Numbered from the stretch's first letter, positions 16,208 to 27,041 are shown. The stretch: 64,000 bases of DNA from Candidatus Woesearchaeota archaeon (GCA_964530955.1 CAZHCL010000001.1:1-64000), one strand, 5' to 3'. Notes: generated from the letters alone by a model not told the origin. Numbers and translations: made by a program.

Positions 16208-17118
16208 ATTGCAATCACCTTTTTTACTCTTCTTTTCATGAATTCAATTACATCAAATATGAATGGACTTGCTGTTGAAAGAGAAAGGTAGTCAATATTT
16301 GCTTCTTTGAATGATTGTTTTACAAATTCTTCCTGTTTTAATGCATGTTTTTCATAATTTTTTCTTGCGAGTCTTGGTTCAATCAGTAGCTGTTGGTGTG
16401 TAGACGGATCTTCAACTATATATTCTCCTCCAACGTCTGGCAAAGAAATATCTATGGGATCCTTTATCATGAATGCTATTGTCTCGTATTTATTTCCAAG
16501 TAATTCTAAGGAATGTTTTGTTCTTTTGTCAAAATTAATAAAGTCTGACACAAGCACAATTGCAGAAACGCCTTTCATTGGACTTTCAAGCATTAAATCA
16601 ATCGCAGAGGAGATATTTGAACCACTCTTATAATTATCTGGATTAGACAAAACGCTAACAAAGAGTTCGAACTGTTTTTTTCCTCTTTTTGGAGTTTCGA
16701 TTCTGCTTACTTTGTCGTTAAATAAAATCAGGCCTGCGCGGTCATTTTCCTTTATAACCATATCAGCCATCGAAATCACAAGTTCTGCAGCGTATTCGCA
16801 TTTTAACTTTTCTGTTGAACCAAAAAGCATGTTCTCTCCCGTGTCAACAACAAAAAGTATCTTCTTTTCTTCCTCTTCCCTATATTTTCTTACCATTATT
16901 TTCTGCGACCTTCCGCTCGCTTTCCAGTCTACTGCAGAAAAATCATCCTCTCCATTATTAAAAGGTCTGAAACCGTCAAAATCAAAACTTTTTCCTCTGA
17001 AAAATATTTTATACGTCTTATTTCTTGTTTCAAATGACTTAAGAAAATGTCTGAGGGCAGATATGCTCTCACCTATTGACAGATTTAGCCTTCTTTCTTC
17101 TTTCATATTATTTGGCAA
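16204..17118 (-). CDS. DUF58 family protein
   Basis: FDGFRPF...VDWKASGR...REEEE, then VDTGENM. Confidence 0.85.
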   Translation of the reverse strand: MPNNMKEERRLNLSIGESISALRHFLKSFETRNKTYKIFFRGKSFDFDGFRPFNNGEDDFSAVDWKASGRSQKIMVRKYREEEEKKILFVVDTGENMLFGSTEKLKCEYAAELVISMADMVIKENDRAGLILFNDKVSRIETPKRGKKQFELFVSVLSNPDNYKSGSNISSAIDLMLESPMKGVSAIVLVSDFINFDKRTKHSLELLGNKYETIAFMIKDPIDISLPDVGGEYIVEDPSTHQQLLIEPRLARKNYEKHALKQEEFVKQSFKEANIDYLSLSTASPFIFDVIEFMKRRVKKVIAI

Positions 17119-18117
17119 TTATTTTGCATGCACTTCCTTGAATATTTCTTCTATAATTATCTCAGGGGTTATTTTGTCAGCCTGCGCCTTATATGCTAAA
17201 ATTATTCTATGACGGAGAATATCTTTTGCTACTGCCTTGACATCTGAGGGTATAACAAAATTTCTTCCATTGACTAGTGCCTCGGCTTTCGCTCCGATAT
17301 ATAATGCAATGCTTCCTCTGGGGGAGCAACCCAAGTCTATATACTCTCCATATTTGAATTTCTTATCACGAGTTTTCTTTATTATTGCAAGAATATAATC
17401 CTTAATTTTTTCATCAAGATAAATTTCATGCGTAAGTTGTTGCATAAGTTTTATTTTTTCTGCTGTGACTATTGAATTAATTTTGTAATCTTCAAATTTT
17501 TTAAAAGTTGCATTTTCTTCCATAACGTGCAGTTCACTTTTGTCATCAGGATATTCCATAAGTATTTTGAACAAAAACCTATCTATTTGCGCTTCTGGAA
17601 GGGCGTAGACTCCTTCAGTCTCAATTGGATTCTGGTTCGCCATGACAAAGAACGGAGTTGGCAAGGGGTAGGTTGTAGAACCTATTGTAACTTGACCTTC
17701 CTGCATCGCTTCAATAAGAGCAGACTGTGTTTTAGGAGGACTTCTGTTTATTTCATCAGCTATTATAAAATTAGAAAAGATAGGACCTTTTATTACTTCA
17801 AATCCTTTCTTGGGATCATAGGCAGTAATTCCTACTATGTCGCTAGGCAAAAGGTCTGCTGTAAACTGAATTCTTTTGAAACTGCATCCGCTTACTTCTG
17901 CTAGGGTTTTGATAAGAAGGGTCTTGGCTATTCCTGGAACTCCTTCAAGCAATATGTGTCCATTGCAAAGTAATGCTCTCAAAAGAGAATCGACTATTTT
18001 TTCTTGACCAAAAAAGACTTTCGATATCTCTTTCCTCATTAGAGCAAGTGCTTTTGAAGCATCCTTTACCTTACCCATGTTGGCTTTTTTTACCACTTCT
18101 TTTTTATAAATTTCCAT
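17119..18117 (-). CDS. moxR: MoxR family AAA+ ATPase
   Basis: GVPGIAKT, RIQFTADLLPSD, ADEINR, NQNPIE, QIDRF, SPRG. Confidence 0.93.
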   Translation of the reverse strand: MEIYKKEVVKKANMGKVKDASKALALMRKEISKVFFGQEKIVDSLLRALLCNGHILLEGVPGIAKTLLIKTLAEVSGCSFKRIQFTADLLPSDIVGITAYDPKKGFEVIKGPIFSNFIIADEINRSPPKTQSALIEAMQEGQVTIGSTTYPLPTPFFVMANQNPIETEGVYALPEAQIDRFLFKILMEYPDDKSELHVMEENATFKKFEDYKINSIVTAEKIKLMQQLTHEIYLDEKIKDYILAIIKKTRDKKFKYGEYIDLGCSPRGSIALYIGAKAEALVNGRNFVIPSDVKAVAKDILRHRIILAYKAQADKITPEIIIEEIFKEVHAK

Positions 18118-18147
18118 ATCAATTCTAATAGGAAAAACACACCCTTA

Positions 18148-18163
18148 CTTTTAAACCTTTCTT
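18148..18163 (-). promoter_or_regulatory. BRE-TATA promoter candidate for the moxR operon
   Basis: Minus strand AAGAAAGGTTTAAAAG about 30 nt upstream of 18117. Confidence 0.5.
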
Positions 18164-18189
18164 CAAAATCTCATTAATCAATAATAAAA

Positions 18190-21100
18190 TCACTCATAGC
18201 CCATCAAAGCTCTTCTGAGCTTAATTCTTTTGTACATGTAATACCCTATGCCCCCCACCAATGCAAGCCCGCTCGCCCAAATAGTATAATAGAATATATT
18301 GAAATTACTGTTTACCCCTAGTACTTTCTTAGAATTTATTTGTTCTATCGACTTTTTGCAAGCGTTTATTGCTTCATTGACTTTTGAATCTGCAAGCGAA
18401 AGATTTCCCTGAGCTAGGGCAATATCTGCTTGATTTACTATTTCTTTTACTTCGGCGCACTCAGGATTATCAACCAAAAGTTGGTCTGCAAAAAGAATAT
18501 TTCTCTCTATACTTGCTCCTTCTTTAACGGTGAGGTATATTTTACCCCAGTCAGAGAATTTTGGATTTTCGACTGTTGCATTTATATTTATTTCGTATAA
18601 TCCTTCAAGCAAAGTATCCACCTTAATTGTTAATGTGACATTTTTCATTTGACCGACTCCCAAAGAATCTATGAAATTTGTATCATATTGAGCAGTCACG
18701 CCAGGTATTGAACTTCCGTTAAGAAAAACTGAACTGGATAAATTTATATGATTAAGTATTTCTCCGCCGTTATTGTAAACTGTGATGGGCACGACTATAA
18801 GATCTTTTTTATCGGCTGAAATTGGCCCTGGTAGGATTAATTTTAATTCTATAGGAGTTGTAACTGTTTGTGTGCCTCCTCCACCTCCTCCACCTCCGCC
18901 CCCGCTACTTGGAGAAGGAGTATTACTTGTTACTGAGATACTAACAGAAAAATTATTGCTTGAAATATTATTTATTACTGCATTAGATGAGTTATACTCG
19001 AGTGCTGTAATGCTGAAATTAGCTGATGCATCAGAACTTGAACTGAAAGTTATTGAAGGAGCAGAATTATGTGTCCAGTTCACTGATGAAATTGAAATTC
19101 CTGTTCCTGAAAGATTAGTTACTAAAAAAACAACTGTTTGATTTACGCAAAGGTCATTTACATCTAGGTCTGAGAAATAACTTGATAAGGAAAGTATTAC
19201 TGGACTCCCTCCTGATTGGGTGGGAATTGGAGACGAAAGGGAGATGGGATAGTTAGTATGATTGATTATTGTTGACCAACTTGAAGAGTTACTAAACTCT
19301 GGATTTGAAACATTTAGGGTTAGATTTACTGGGCCAGAGCAGGTTGTTTCATCTGTAAAATTAGTTGTAAAATTCCAGAAGAAAGAACTTCCGTTTCCAT
19401 AGCTGGCTGTTTGATTTCTTAAGATATTATTAAGATAAAATGAATAAATAAGTGGGTCTCCGGCAGTATGATTTGCAGTAAAATTAAGATAATATGTTTT
19501 ATTTTCTGCAAGATTAAATGAAGTTGAAAATGAAGGGGAGACTATATCTGGGTAATCATATATTCTCAAAGTAAAATTACTTGTTGAGTTCAGTCCGCTG
19601 CTGTCTTCAACCTGAACGCTGTAATTCCAAATTCCTGATTTTAAAAAAGAAGAATTTGTAATTATCCCTGTTTTGTTTGTTATATTTAGGAAATTTCCTA
19701 ATGATGTGAGATTATATAGTGTATAAGTCAGGTTGCCCGTACTTTCATTTATGTCTTCAACATCTGTAGAATTAACGTCATAACTGAACTGCTGAACAAA
19801 TGAAATATTCATGTCAGGTATTGGACTAATGTTTGGACTGTGTTGGACAGAATTAATAATTATTGTAAAATTAAAAGCATCAGTATTATTTGTTAAGTCA
19901 GATACATTAGCTAGAACATTATATGTTCCAACATCACTCTTCTTAGATGTAAAATGAATTCCAAAAGAAGATTTATTACCTGAAATTATTGGAGAATCAG
20001 GAGAAAATAAATTTAGGTTGGGGCCACTTAAAATTGTAATATTTAGTTTTATTGATTCGTTATAAAAAGAGGGTTGCTTTATTAGAAGGTCATTATCTTC
20101 GGCGTTTATGTAAAAAAAGGTATAATTGTCTTCATATGCATGAATAGTTGAATCTTGGCTTATACTATAGTTAGATGACTGAGCATCTGAAGAATTTAGT
20201 CTCATTATGTAAACTTGGTCAGGTATATTATCTATAGTAAGATTGACTGAAATTATATCGGATGATCCAGCATTGTCAGTTACATTCCATACTAATGCGT
20301 GAAATCCGACATCGCTATCATCTGGAGTGAAATTAACTATACCTGTTGTTGAATTTATGCTAAATGAAGGTAAAAAGGTATTACAATTTTGGTCACATGT
20401 GAAAGTAAAAGTCATATTGGTAATTCCATCAGGGTCAGTAAAGTTTTTGCTAAGATTGAGATAAAAATTATTTCCCTCAGTTAGATTAAATGAAGTTAGC
20501 ATGGTGGTATTCCATAGAGGGGGAGAGTTTTGGCTAACGATTATTGAAAATGTTTTTGAGTCGAAAGAAAAGTTATTTGCATCAGTTACATTAATCGTTG
20601 CGTTATAGGTACCTCCTGCAAGAGTCGAATTAGGATATATCGCTATGGTAGCTTGTGTAATATTTGTATTATTTATTACCCTTTGAGATATTACTCTTAC
20701 CCAATCAAGATTTGATCTGAAAGTAATACTTTCATTGTAAACATATTTACTTATTATCAAAAGGTCATTATCACTTGCATTAACAAGCAAGGTTACATTT
20801 CCAGTGGTGTAAGCAGTTAAATTATCTATTGTCTGAAGAGATACAGGGTCATTTGTATTAGCAATTGAAAGATTAATTACTGTTGAGTTTATTCCTGTTG
20901 GAACTCCAGTGTCTGTAATGCTTATATTAATTGACCAGTTTCCTACGGCAGTATTATCTGGTGTGAAATTAACTATAAATGAAGCATTAAATCCTGTCGA
21001 AATATTTACCGGCAAGGTTATATGATTAGTATTGGTTCCGTTAAATAAAAACCAGCTCTGGTTTGCACTTATTGTGAGATTATTGACCTCGTCTAAATCA

Positions 21101-22359
21101 GTAACGTTAATTCTGCAATTAAAAATAGACTTTTCTATGCCCGTGTTCTCATTATTACATGCATAGGTAAAATATGGTGGCTGATTTGCGTTATTCATTG
21201 AAAAGGTGACTATTTTACTTGTTGTTGCATTAAAAGGCAATATCGTATTTCCAGAATCGGAAATAGTGAAATTAACTGTGTAATTTCCCACGTCATTTCT
21301 TGATGGAATGAAAGAAATATTGATTGTGCCAGTTGTATTGTCAAATGCATATTGAGTTGAATTAAAAAGATCACATTGAGTGCTATTTCTATTGCTCCAC
21401 TGTGCTGTGGAACAATTAAGAAAAGTAATGTTCAATTTGTAGGGAAAATTATTTTCCTCATCACTAGAAAAGATAGTATAGTTAAAAACAGAAGAACCAG
21501 TCACATTAAATGAAATATTATTCAAATTTGTGAACAAGGGAGGATCATTTATTGCGGTTGTGCTGATTGGGAGAGTTGCAAAATCTGTTCCTCCGCTGGA
21601 ATCAGTTACTATGAATTGAAGCTGTTCACTCGGAGTACTTTGATTCATTCTTGTTTTGTTGACAGTCAAAAATCCAGAGCTTGTAAAAGTGTAATTGTTA
21701 TAGCTATCAGTTGGTAAAGTAGTATTTGCGCTTACAATTGAAAATGTGAGAGAATTTTTATCATTGAAATCATCATCAACAGTATTCGCAGATATATTAA
21801 ATAAGCAAATACTGTCCTCATTACAAGATAAAGTTGTCATAGTATTTCCGAATACTTTATTTATTTGGGGAGGACTATTCTGAATTGTGAAATTGTCTGA
21901 TAAAGTAATATTCCCATAATTACTAGTGCAATTAATTCTAAAGCTTGAAGGTCCTTTGTAATTAAAACTTGAATTGGACTGCCAAAGAGAAATTCCTGAA
22001 TTATATTCCATATATGCTGCTGGGCCGTATGTCCCTGTGTTGTTGAATTGTATCGTACAATTTGCTCCTGTTCCGAGTCCAAGGGTGCTGTTTGTTGAAT
22101 TTGTATAGTTTGCATAAAAATAGAAATTCCAATTTGATGCTGTCTTACTATTAGTCGAGCCGAATGTAAGGTTCGCACTTATCGCAGGCGTCTGCGTTAA
22201 TGTTCCGTTAGTCCAAACAGAAAGTGTTGCATTTCCATTTGAAGATGAATTAATAGCTCTTATCGTGCCAATAAGCAAAATTATTGCTATAGAGATTAAA
22301 ATAACTGTTAGAAAAGAGAAAAATCTTGCTCTGCCTGCTTTTTTTATATTCGATACCAT
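18190..22359 (-). CDS. 1389-aa surface protein with tandem cadherin/Ig-like repeats, poly-Gly linker, CARDB-like domain and C-terminal TM
   Basis: N-terminal TM; repeated N..P/D.D motifs; N/S/T-rich with many N-x-S/T sequons; PSSGGGGGGGGGG linker. Confidence 0.8.
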   Translation of the reverse strand: MVSNIKKAGRARFFSFLTVILISIAIILLIGTIRAINSSSNGNATLSVWTNGTLTQTPAISANLTFGSTNSKTASNWNFYFYANYTNSTNSTLGLGTGANCTIQFNNTGTYGPAAYMEYNSGISLWQSNSSFNYKGPSSFRINCTSNYGNITLSDNFTIQNSPPQINKVFGNTMTTLSCNEDSICLFNISANTVDDDFNDKNSLTFSIVSANTTLPTDSYNNYTFTSSGFLTVNKTRMNQSTPSEQLQFIVTDSSGGTDFATLPISTTAINDPPLFTNLNNISFNVTGSSVFNYTIFSSDEENNFPYKLNITFLNCSTAQWSNRNSTQCDLFNSTQYAFDNTTGTINISFIPSRNDVGNYTVNFTISDSGNTILPFNATTSKIVTFSMNNANQPPYFTYACNNENTGIEKSIFNCRINVTDLDEVNNLTISANQSWFLFNGTNTNHITLPVNISTGFNASFIVNFTPDNTAVGNWSINISITDTGVPTGINSTVINLSIANTNDPVSLQTIDNLTAYTTGNVTLLVNASDNDLLIISKYVYNESITFRSNLDWVRVISQRVINNTNITQATIAIYPNSTLAGGTYNATINVTDANNFSFDSKTFSIIVSQNSPPLWNTTMLTSFNLTEGNNFYLNLSKNFTDPDGITNMTFTFTCDQNCNTFLPSFSINSTTGIVNFTPDDSDVGFHALVWNVTDNAGSSDIISVNLTIDNIPDQVYIMRLNSSDAQSSNYSISQDSTIHAYEDNYTFFYINAEDNDLLIKQPSFYNESIKLNITILSGPNLNLFSPDSPIISGNKSSFGIHFTSKKSDVGTYNVLANVSDLTNNTDAFNFTIIINSVQHSPNISPIPDMNISFVQQFSYDVNSTDVEDINESTGNLTYTLYNLTSLGNFLNITNKTGIITNSSFLKSGIWNYSVQVEDSSGLNSTSNFTLRIYDYPDIVSPSFSTSFNLAENKTYYLNFTANHTAGDPLIYSFYLNNILRNQTASYGNGSSFFWNFTTNFTDETTCSGPVNLTLNVSNPEFSNSSSWSTIINHTNYPISLSSPIPTQSGGSPVILSLSSYFSDLDVNDLCVNQTVVFLVTNLSGTGISISSVNWTHNSAPSITFSSSSDASANFSITALEYNSSNAVINNISSNNFSVSISVTSNTPSPSSGGGGGGGGGGTQTVTTPIELKLILPGPISADKKDLIVVPITVYNNGGEILNHINLSSSVFLNGSSIPGVTAQYDTNFIDSLGVGQMKNVTLTIKVDTLLEGLYEININATVENPKFSDWGKIYLTVKEGASIERNILFADQLLVDNPECAEVKEIVNQADIALAQGNLSLADSKVNEAINACKKSIEQINSKKVLGVNSNFNIFYYTIWASGLALVGGIGYYMYKRIKLRRALMGYE

Positions 22360-24323
22360 TTAAACTCCTCATTTGATCTCTTCTCTCTGAGAGAACGTAT
22401 AAGCTTGATTATAGCGATAATAATTAATATCAATATAATCAGAAGAATTAGTAAAAAGACATATATAAGACCTTGGTTTTTGCTTGCGTTACTTACGGGG
22501 CACTGCTTTGGGCAGGGACCTCCGCAATCGATTCCTTTCTCTCCTTGATTTTGGATTTTATCTGAGCAGGTTGCACAGGCGGAGCAGGGACCTCCGCAAT
22601 CTGTTAATACTTCGCAACTTCCATCATGACAGTTTTTTATTCCGTCTGAACAAGTTGGTTTTAAGGTGAATTCGCACATCTGGCTTTGGGGAAGAAAACT
22701 TTGGGTGAAGTTACAATAATGTAAATCAAGACAGTTTCTTGTTTGAAATCCACAATTATCGCTTACTAAACCTACTGATACACATGAACTCTTAAAACCT
22801 ACGTAGTCATTGTTTTTGACAGTACTCTCTTTCAAAGAAGTGTCTAAATTTTGGCAGATATTCCAATTTCCGCAAACTTCTAAGGGAGCACAATTAATAT
22901 TTGCTCCCCCGCCTCCAGCACCAGCACTTCCCCCGCCTACCGATGAAGGACAGATAACTTGAGTTACATTAATTGTCCAGATTAAACTTTTATTGAGAAG
23001 CCCATCTGTAATTTCAGATTTTATCGCGTGTATCCCACTTACTCCGCAACCTAAAATTTCTGTTATTGAAGAAAATGAATTGTTCAATGTCTTTGATAAA
23101 CTCTTATTATCTAGGTACCAGTAAGTATCTGGAACATTTCCGTCGGGGTCTGCAGAAGTAGTATTAAAGTAAAGAATGTCGTTTCCCGAAATATTTAAAT
23201 CAAAGAATGTCGGATACCAAGAAGTAAAGTAGGGAGCTCTATTTTCTTTTGTTACGGTGAGCGAAAAGTTCTTGCATGTCGTCTGAGCCAGACCTGTCTG
23301 CCCGCACAAACTGATATTAGGACTGATGCTAGACAAGGATTTATCAGTTGCGCACACGCTAAGATTATAATTGCCTAAAACGCTTTCATTGGCTGTAAAA
23401 TTGATTACTCCCTTGCTGCTCATGCTGAAGAAAGGAGAGCCATTAAGAAAAGTTAAATTAAGAGTAAGGTTACCTACCATCGAATTTCCATCTTCAACAT
23501 CTGTTACACTAATCTCTTTATAGAAATTTGAATTATCTCCATGGCTCCAGACCGTTTGAACACCTATATCAGCCATAACTGGAGGATTATTTATTTCTAT
23601 TACAGTTATATTAGTGTTTACGGTATCTGCAAATTGTCCATCTGTGACTGAAATTGCTTCGGAATATTTTCCGATATTTGATTTTCCTAACAATCCTGAG
23701 AGTATAAATGATTTTGGATTTGTTTGAGCGATAAATGAATCAGGACTAAGAAAGAAAATACTTTGAGGGGAAATTGTTAAGCTTAGATTGTCTTCGTCAG
23801 GATTATAGACGTTGAATGGATAAACAAGAACTCTTCTTTCACAGACATATATATCTGGGTCTATTCCTTGAATTAAAGGAGCTGAATTTGGGACATCAAT
23901 ATAGAATATTACGCTGCTGCTTCCAATCGTTCCGCTCGTGCTATTCGCAAAAACTGTCAGTTTATTACTCCAGCGGACAGCATTTAGGGTAGAGTTGGGG
24001 ATAAAAGTTATATTGCTTGCGGCAACTGTGCCATGACGTAAATCTTCCAATGTGTACCACCAACTGTCTATATCTAAATTTGTTGTGGAAACATTAAGAT
24101 CTAAAGTATAATTGCTGCCTATATTGAAGTTATAAGTTACGTTCAAAGGACTCCAAATAGTAACCACTACTTCTGGAGTTTTTATGAAAAGAGTTATACT
24201 CCCGATATTCGCAAATCCAGTAATGGGAATTTTCATGGTTTGTGATAAAATGAAAAAAAACGATGTTCCAGCGATGAATATTAAGACTATGCTAATAGCT
24301 AAAAATAACTCCCTTTTTTGCAT
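22344..24323 (-). CDS. 659-aa surface protein: cadherin-like repeats, Cys-rich region with DCGGPC repeats, C-terminal TM
   Basis: NSAP/NNPP/NRAP repeats, Gly linker, two DCGGPC motifs. Confidence 0.78.
   Translation of the reverse strand: MQKRELFLAISIVLIFIAGTSFFFILSQTMKIPITGFANIGSITLFIKTPEVVVTIWSPLNVTYNFNIGSNYTLDLNVSTTNLDIDSWWYTLEDLRHGTVAASNITFIPNSTLNAVRWSNKLTVFANSTSGTIGSSSVIFYIDVPNSAPLIQGIDPDIYVCERRVLVYPFNVYNPDEDNLSLTISPQSIFFLSPDSFIAQTNPKSFILSGLLGKSNIGKYSEAISVTDGQFADTVNTNITVIEINNPPVMADIGVQTVWSHGDNSNFYKEISVTDVEDGNSMVGNLTLNLTFLNGSPFFSMSSKGVINFTANESVLGNYNLSVCATDKSLSSISPNISLCGQTGLAQTTCKNFSLTVTKENRAPYFTSWYPTFFDLNISGNDILYFNTTSADPDGNVPDTYWYLDNKSLSKTLNNSFSSITEILGCGVSGIHAIKSEITDGLLNKSLIWTINVTQVICPSSVGGGSAGAGGGGANINCAPLEVCGNWNICQNLDTSLKESTVKNNDYVGFKSSCVSVGLVSDNCGFQTRNCLDLHYCNFTQSFLPQSQMCEFTLKPTCSDGIKNCHDGSCEVLTDCGGPCSACATCSDKIQNQGEKGIDCGGPCPKQCPVSNASKNQGLIYVFLLILLIILILIIIAIIKLIRSLREKRSNEEFKWYRI
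22512..22601. repeat. Exact 18-bp direct repeat GCAGGGACCTCCGCAATC (22512-22529, 22584-22601) encoding DCGGPC
   Basis: Seen directly in the sequence. Confidence 0.85.
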
Positions 24324-24360
24324 TTAAAGCAAAACAAAACTCAATATAAAAATATTGCTT

Positions 24361-24804
24361 TTATCCAATTTTCCTCTGAATGCTAATTATTAGTTCTCCA
24401 GTGTAATTACCTAGAGGATAACTGGTTGGTATTGCTAGAGTTAAACCTACATTAACTGACTGGTTTTTTACTATCGAATAATCTGGTTGGAAAATCAGAA
24501 TACCTTTCAAATTATCACTAGGATAAACTGTTGCCCTGATTGGAAAAGAATATTTGTTATTTATAACTAAAAACCTCTTAAGTGTCTCCCCAGGTAAAAC
24601 ATTCCCAAAAGTAAGAGCAGTCCTATTCAAATCAAGACCAATCTTATCTGTTACTGCGAAGCTGACTTTGACTTTCTCTAAACTTAAAGGAATAGAAGAT
24701 AAAAAATAAAAGACTAAATAGGCAATTAAAATTAGCCAAATAATTATCAATCCTATAATTATCCTATTATTTTCCTTTTGACTTTTTATTTTCTTTCCTA
24801 CCAA
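24361..24804 (-). CDS. Membrane-anchored single Ig-like domain protein
   Basis: N-terminal TM followed by LTFGNVLPG. Confidence 0.6.
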   Translation of the reverse strand: MVGKKIKSQKENNRIIIGLIIIWLILIAYLVFYFLSSIPLSLEKVKVSFAVTDKIGLDLNRTALTFGNVLPGETLKRFLVINNKYSFPIRATVYPSDNLKGILIFQPDYSIVKNQSVNVGLTLAIPTSYPLGNYTGELIISIQRKIG

Positions 24805-25915
24805 TTTTTCTCCTTACTCTTATTAAGTATGCTATTAATGTTATTACTGCTATGAGAGCAATTGCAATTGCTGCCACAAGCCCTATTAGTAAATAATTAT
24901 ATTCTCTTTTGAAATTAATATTTACATATTTTTCAGTTGTTTTGTTGGCATAATCTATCTCTATTCTCGCTCTGAAATTATCTTCTTGAATGCTAGTAGT
25001 GTCAAAATATCCTGTAAGAGTTGATTGTTCAAATCCCTTCAAATCTACTGATGGGGTCTTAAAGGTTATAGGATAACCTAGAATAGAAACTGTTGCATAT
25101 ACATTTTCAATTGGATCATTCCACAGACTTTCTATCTTTACGTCAAATCTATTTATCTTGTTTTTAGTAAGATCATTTGAGTAATTTACTATTGAAATTG
25201 CTAGCTCGCCTATTCTGAAAGGTATCTCGGATTTCAACTGACTTTCCCCACCATAACTAAGAAGAGCCAAAGCAGTATATTTTCCAGGATTATAGGAAGA
25301 AGTGTTCAATGTAAATTCTTGTGATATTGAATCCTGTGAGACTATATTGTCAAAAGATGCGGGTATTTTTTCAATTGATGCTTTATTCTGGTCGTAAATA
25401 TAAATGAAACCATCTACCGATATAATTTCTTTTCCGAGATTATGAATAATCATACTAAACTTAACTGGTTCGCCCCTGTTTACATTAGTTGATGAAAAAT
25501 CGATGGTAGCATATTTTCCTGGGAAAGGAACATCTACTTTTATGTCTCCTCTTATCTTTCCGACTAGAGAAACTCCAGACGCTCCATTTCCTTCTTGGCT
25601 TGCCGATATATATATGTCATGTCTTCCAGGTATTTCTATGCTCCGAGGAAGCTGGAGAAGAGCATTCACTCCGCCCGCATCTGCGCCGAGGGAAGTTGTG
25701 CTTAGAGTTACATACTTTGCCAGATCTCCTTCTGCGCTTATTTTAAGTTGATAATCATTATCCTGTAGAAAGTCAAAATGAAAAACTTGTTTTAGTCCGG
25801 GCTGAAAATCAACCTGATAAGAAGCAGGACTAACCCCTATAAATGCATCTGCTCTTGCCAAAATAATTAATAGGAAAAATGCAAAAATAAACGCACCTTT
25901 TTTAATCAAGTTCAT
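24767..25915 (-). CDS. Secreted/anchored multi-Ig-like protein
   Basis: Signal peptide, GVSPA motif, C-terminal TM with basic tail. Confidence 0.65.
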   Translation of the reverse strand: MNLIKKGAFIFAFFLLIILARADAFIGVSPASYQVDFQPGLKQVFHFDFLQDNDYQLKISAEGDLAKYVTLSTTSLGADAGGVNALLQLPRSIEIPGRHDIYISASQEGNGASGVSLVGKIRGDIKVDVPFPGKYATIDFSSTNVNRGEPVKFSMIIHNLGKEIISVDGFIYIYDQNKASIEKIPASFDNIVSQDSISQEFTLNTSSYNPGKYTALALLSYGGESQLKSEIPFRIGELAISIVNYSNDLTKNKINRFDVKIESLWNDPIENVYATVSILGYPITFKTPSVDLKGFEQSTLTGYFDTTSIQEDNFRARIEIDYANKTTEKYVNINFKREYNYLLIGLVAAIAIALIAVITLIAYLIRVRRKIGRKENKKSKGK

Positions 25916-25964
25916 AAACTACCTCATTCTTCATTATTTTTATACGTTTCTAATCATTAAACAA

Positions 25965-26600
25965 TTAAAGCCCTGTTCCTGTTGCAGTTATTGTATCTGA
26001 AAGATTTCCTGTGACTGAGTCAGAAGGAACACCTAGTTTTATATCTATTCTTATCTGGTTCTTTGTGCTTACAAAACTGAAGTTCATGCAAATATTTGTT
26101 CCGGGAGAAGTTGAATTAAGGTCATACCATTGTCCGAGATTGAATACGGTAGTGTTCTGACAACTTGAAGCCTTCGAGTTTGAAACGTTGTACTGGTAGG
26201 AGGGACCTCCGCCGGCTGTTCCTCCTATGAATTGACTAGAATTCTTCCCAGATGATAAAGTAAGATTCACGTCATCATTTCCTATATTTTGAAGAATGAA
26301 TCCTTGGGTGATGTTATTCCAACTACCATTAATTACTGCTGTTGCGAGAGGGGTCGCAGTGCTTAGGACTGCTATTGTTGCTCCGGGATTAACCGCTCCG
26401 CTTCCCCAGTTAATATTATTTGTTGTAAAATTAATTGCGACCTGAGAAGTAACCGTAATATTGACTGTTCCAGTACTTGTTGCATATCCAGTTAATATTT
26501 GTTCCTTGAAATGCGCTAAAGAATAATAAGTTGCACTAAATGCTATTCCTGAAATTAAGAATGCTACTAAAGCCAAAACTAAAACGATTTTTTCATTCAT
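25965..26600 (-). CDS. Secreted/anchored S/T/N-rich surface protein
   Basis: N-terminal TM, then ILTGYAT. Confidence 0.6.
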   Translation of the reverse strand: MNEKIVLVLALVAFLISGIAFSATYYSLAHFKEQILTGYATSTGTVNITVTSQVAINFTTNNINWGSGAVNPGATIAVLSTATPLATAVINGSWNNITQGFILQNIGNDDVNLTLSSGKNSSQFIGGTAGGGPSYQYNVSNSKASSCQNTTVFNLGQWYDLNSTSPGTNICMNFSFVSTKNQIRIDIKLGVPSDSVTGNLSDTITATGTGL

Positions 26601-26812
26601 GGGGTTAGGTTAACCTCTTCTTTGGGTTGGTAAGGTTGAACACCTATATAAACTCCTCCGGCAGGAAGCCCCGAGCCCGATTCATTTTTGTAAGAGGCAG
26701 AACTATTTGTGATTTTTAAGTGCGACCAAGAAAGACTTATTATAATTGCTCCGACAGCTAACATTATTGATAAAATTAAAAGAACTGCAGTTATCCTCTT
26801 TGTCGAATTCAT
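26597..26812 (-). CDS. Small membrane-anchored protein
   Basis: One TM; overlaps the next start codon. Confidence 0.55.
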   Translation of the reverse strand: MNSTKRITAVLLILSIMLAVGAIIISLSWSHLKITNSSASYKNESGSGLPAGGVYIGVQPYQPKEEVNLTP

Positions 26813-26966
26813 GTTATTCTATTTCTCTGCATTTCTATTATTTAAATCTTTTCTAGCTCCTCTTAATTGAAAATAAGTAGCAAAAAATTAGACAATCATA
26901 TGTAAATTCTCCTCGTAAGTGCGCTTTAATAAAGATTTAAAAACGCATATATTCATTTAGCTACGA

Positions 26967-27041
26967 GGCCTCGTAGCTCAGCCCGGTTAGAGTACTGGAC
27001 TTTTAATCCAGGTGTCGCGGGTTCAAATCCCGTCGGGGCCA
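26967..27041 (+). tRNA. tRNA-Lys(TTT)
   Basis: Acceptor GGCCTCG/CGGGGCC; anticodon arm CTGGA-CTTTTAA-TCCAG; T-loop TTCAAAT. Confidence 0.95.

Noticed and set aside
18872-18905. (CCT/CCA/CCG)n run as a contingency repeat
   Set aside because: It is a mixed-codon, in-frame poly-Gly linker, not a pure slippage tract.
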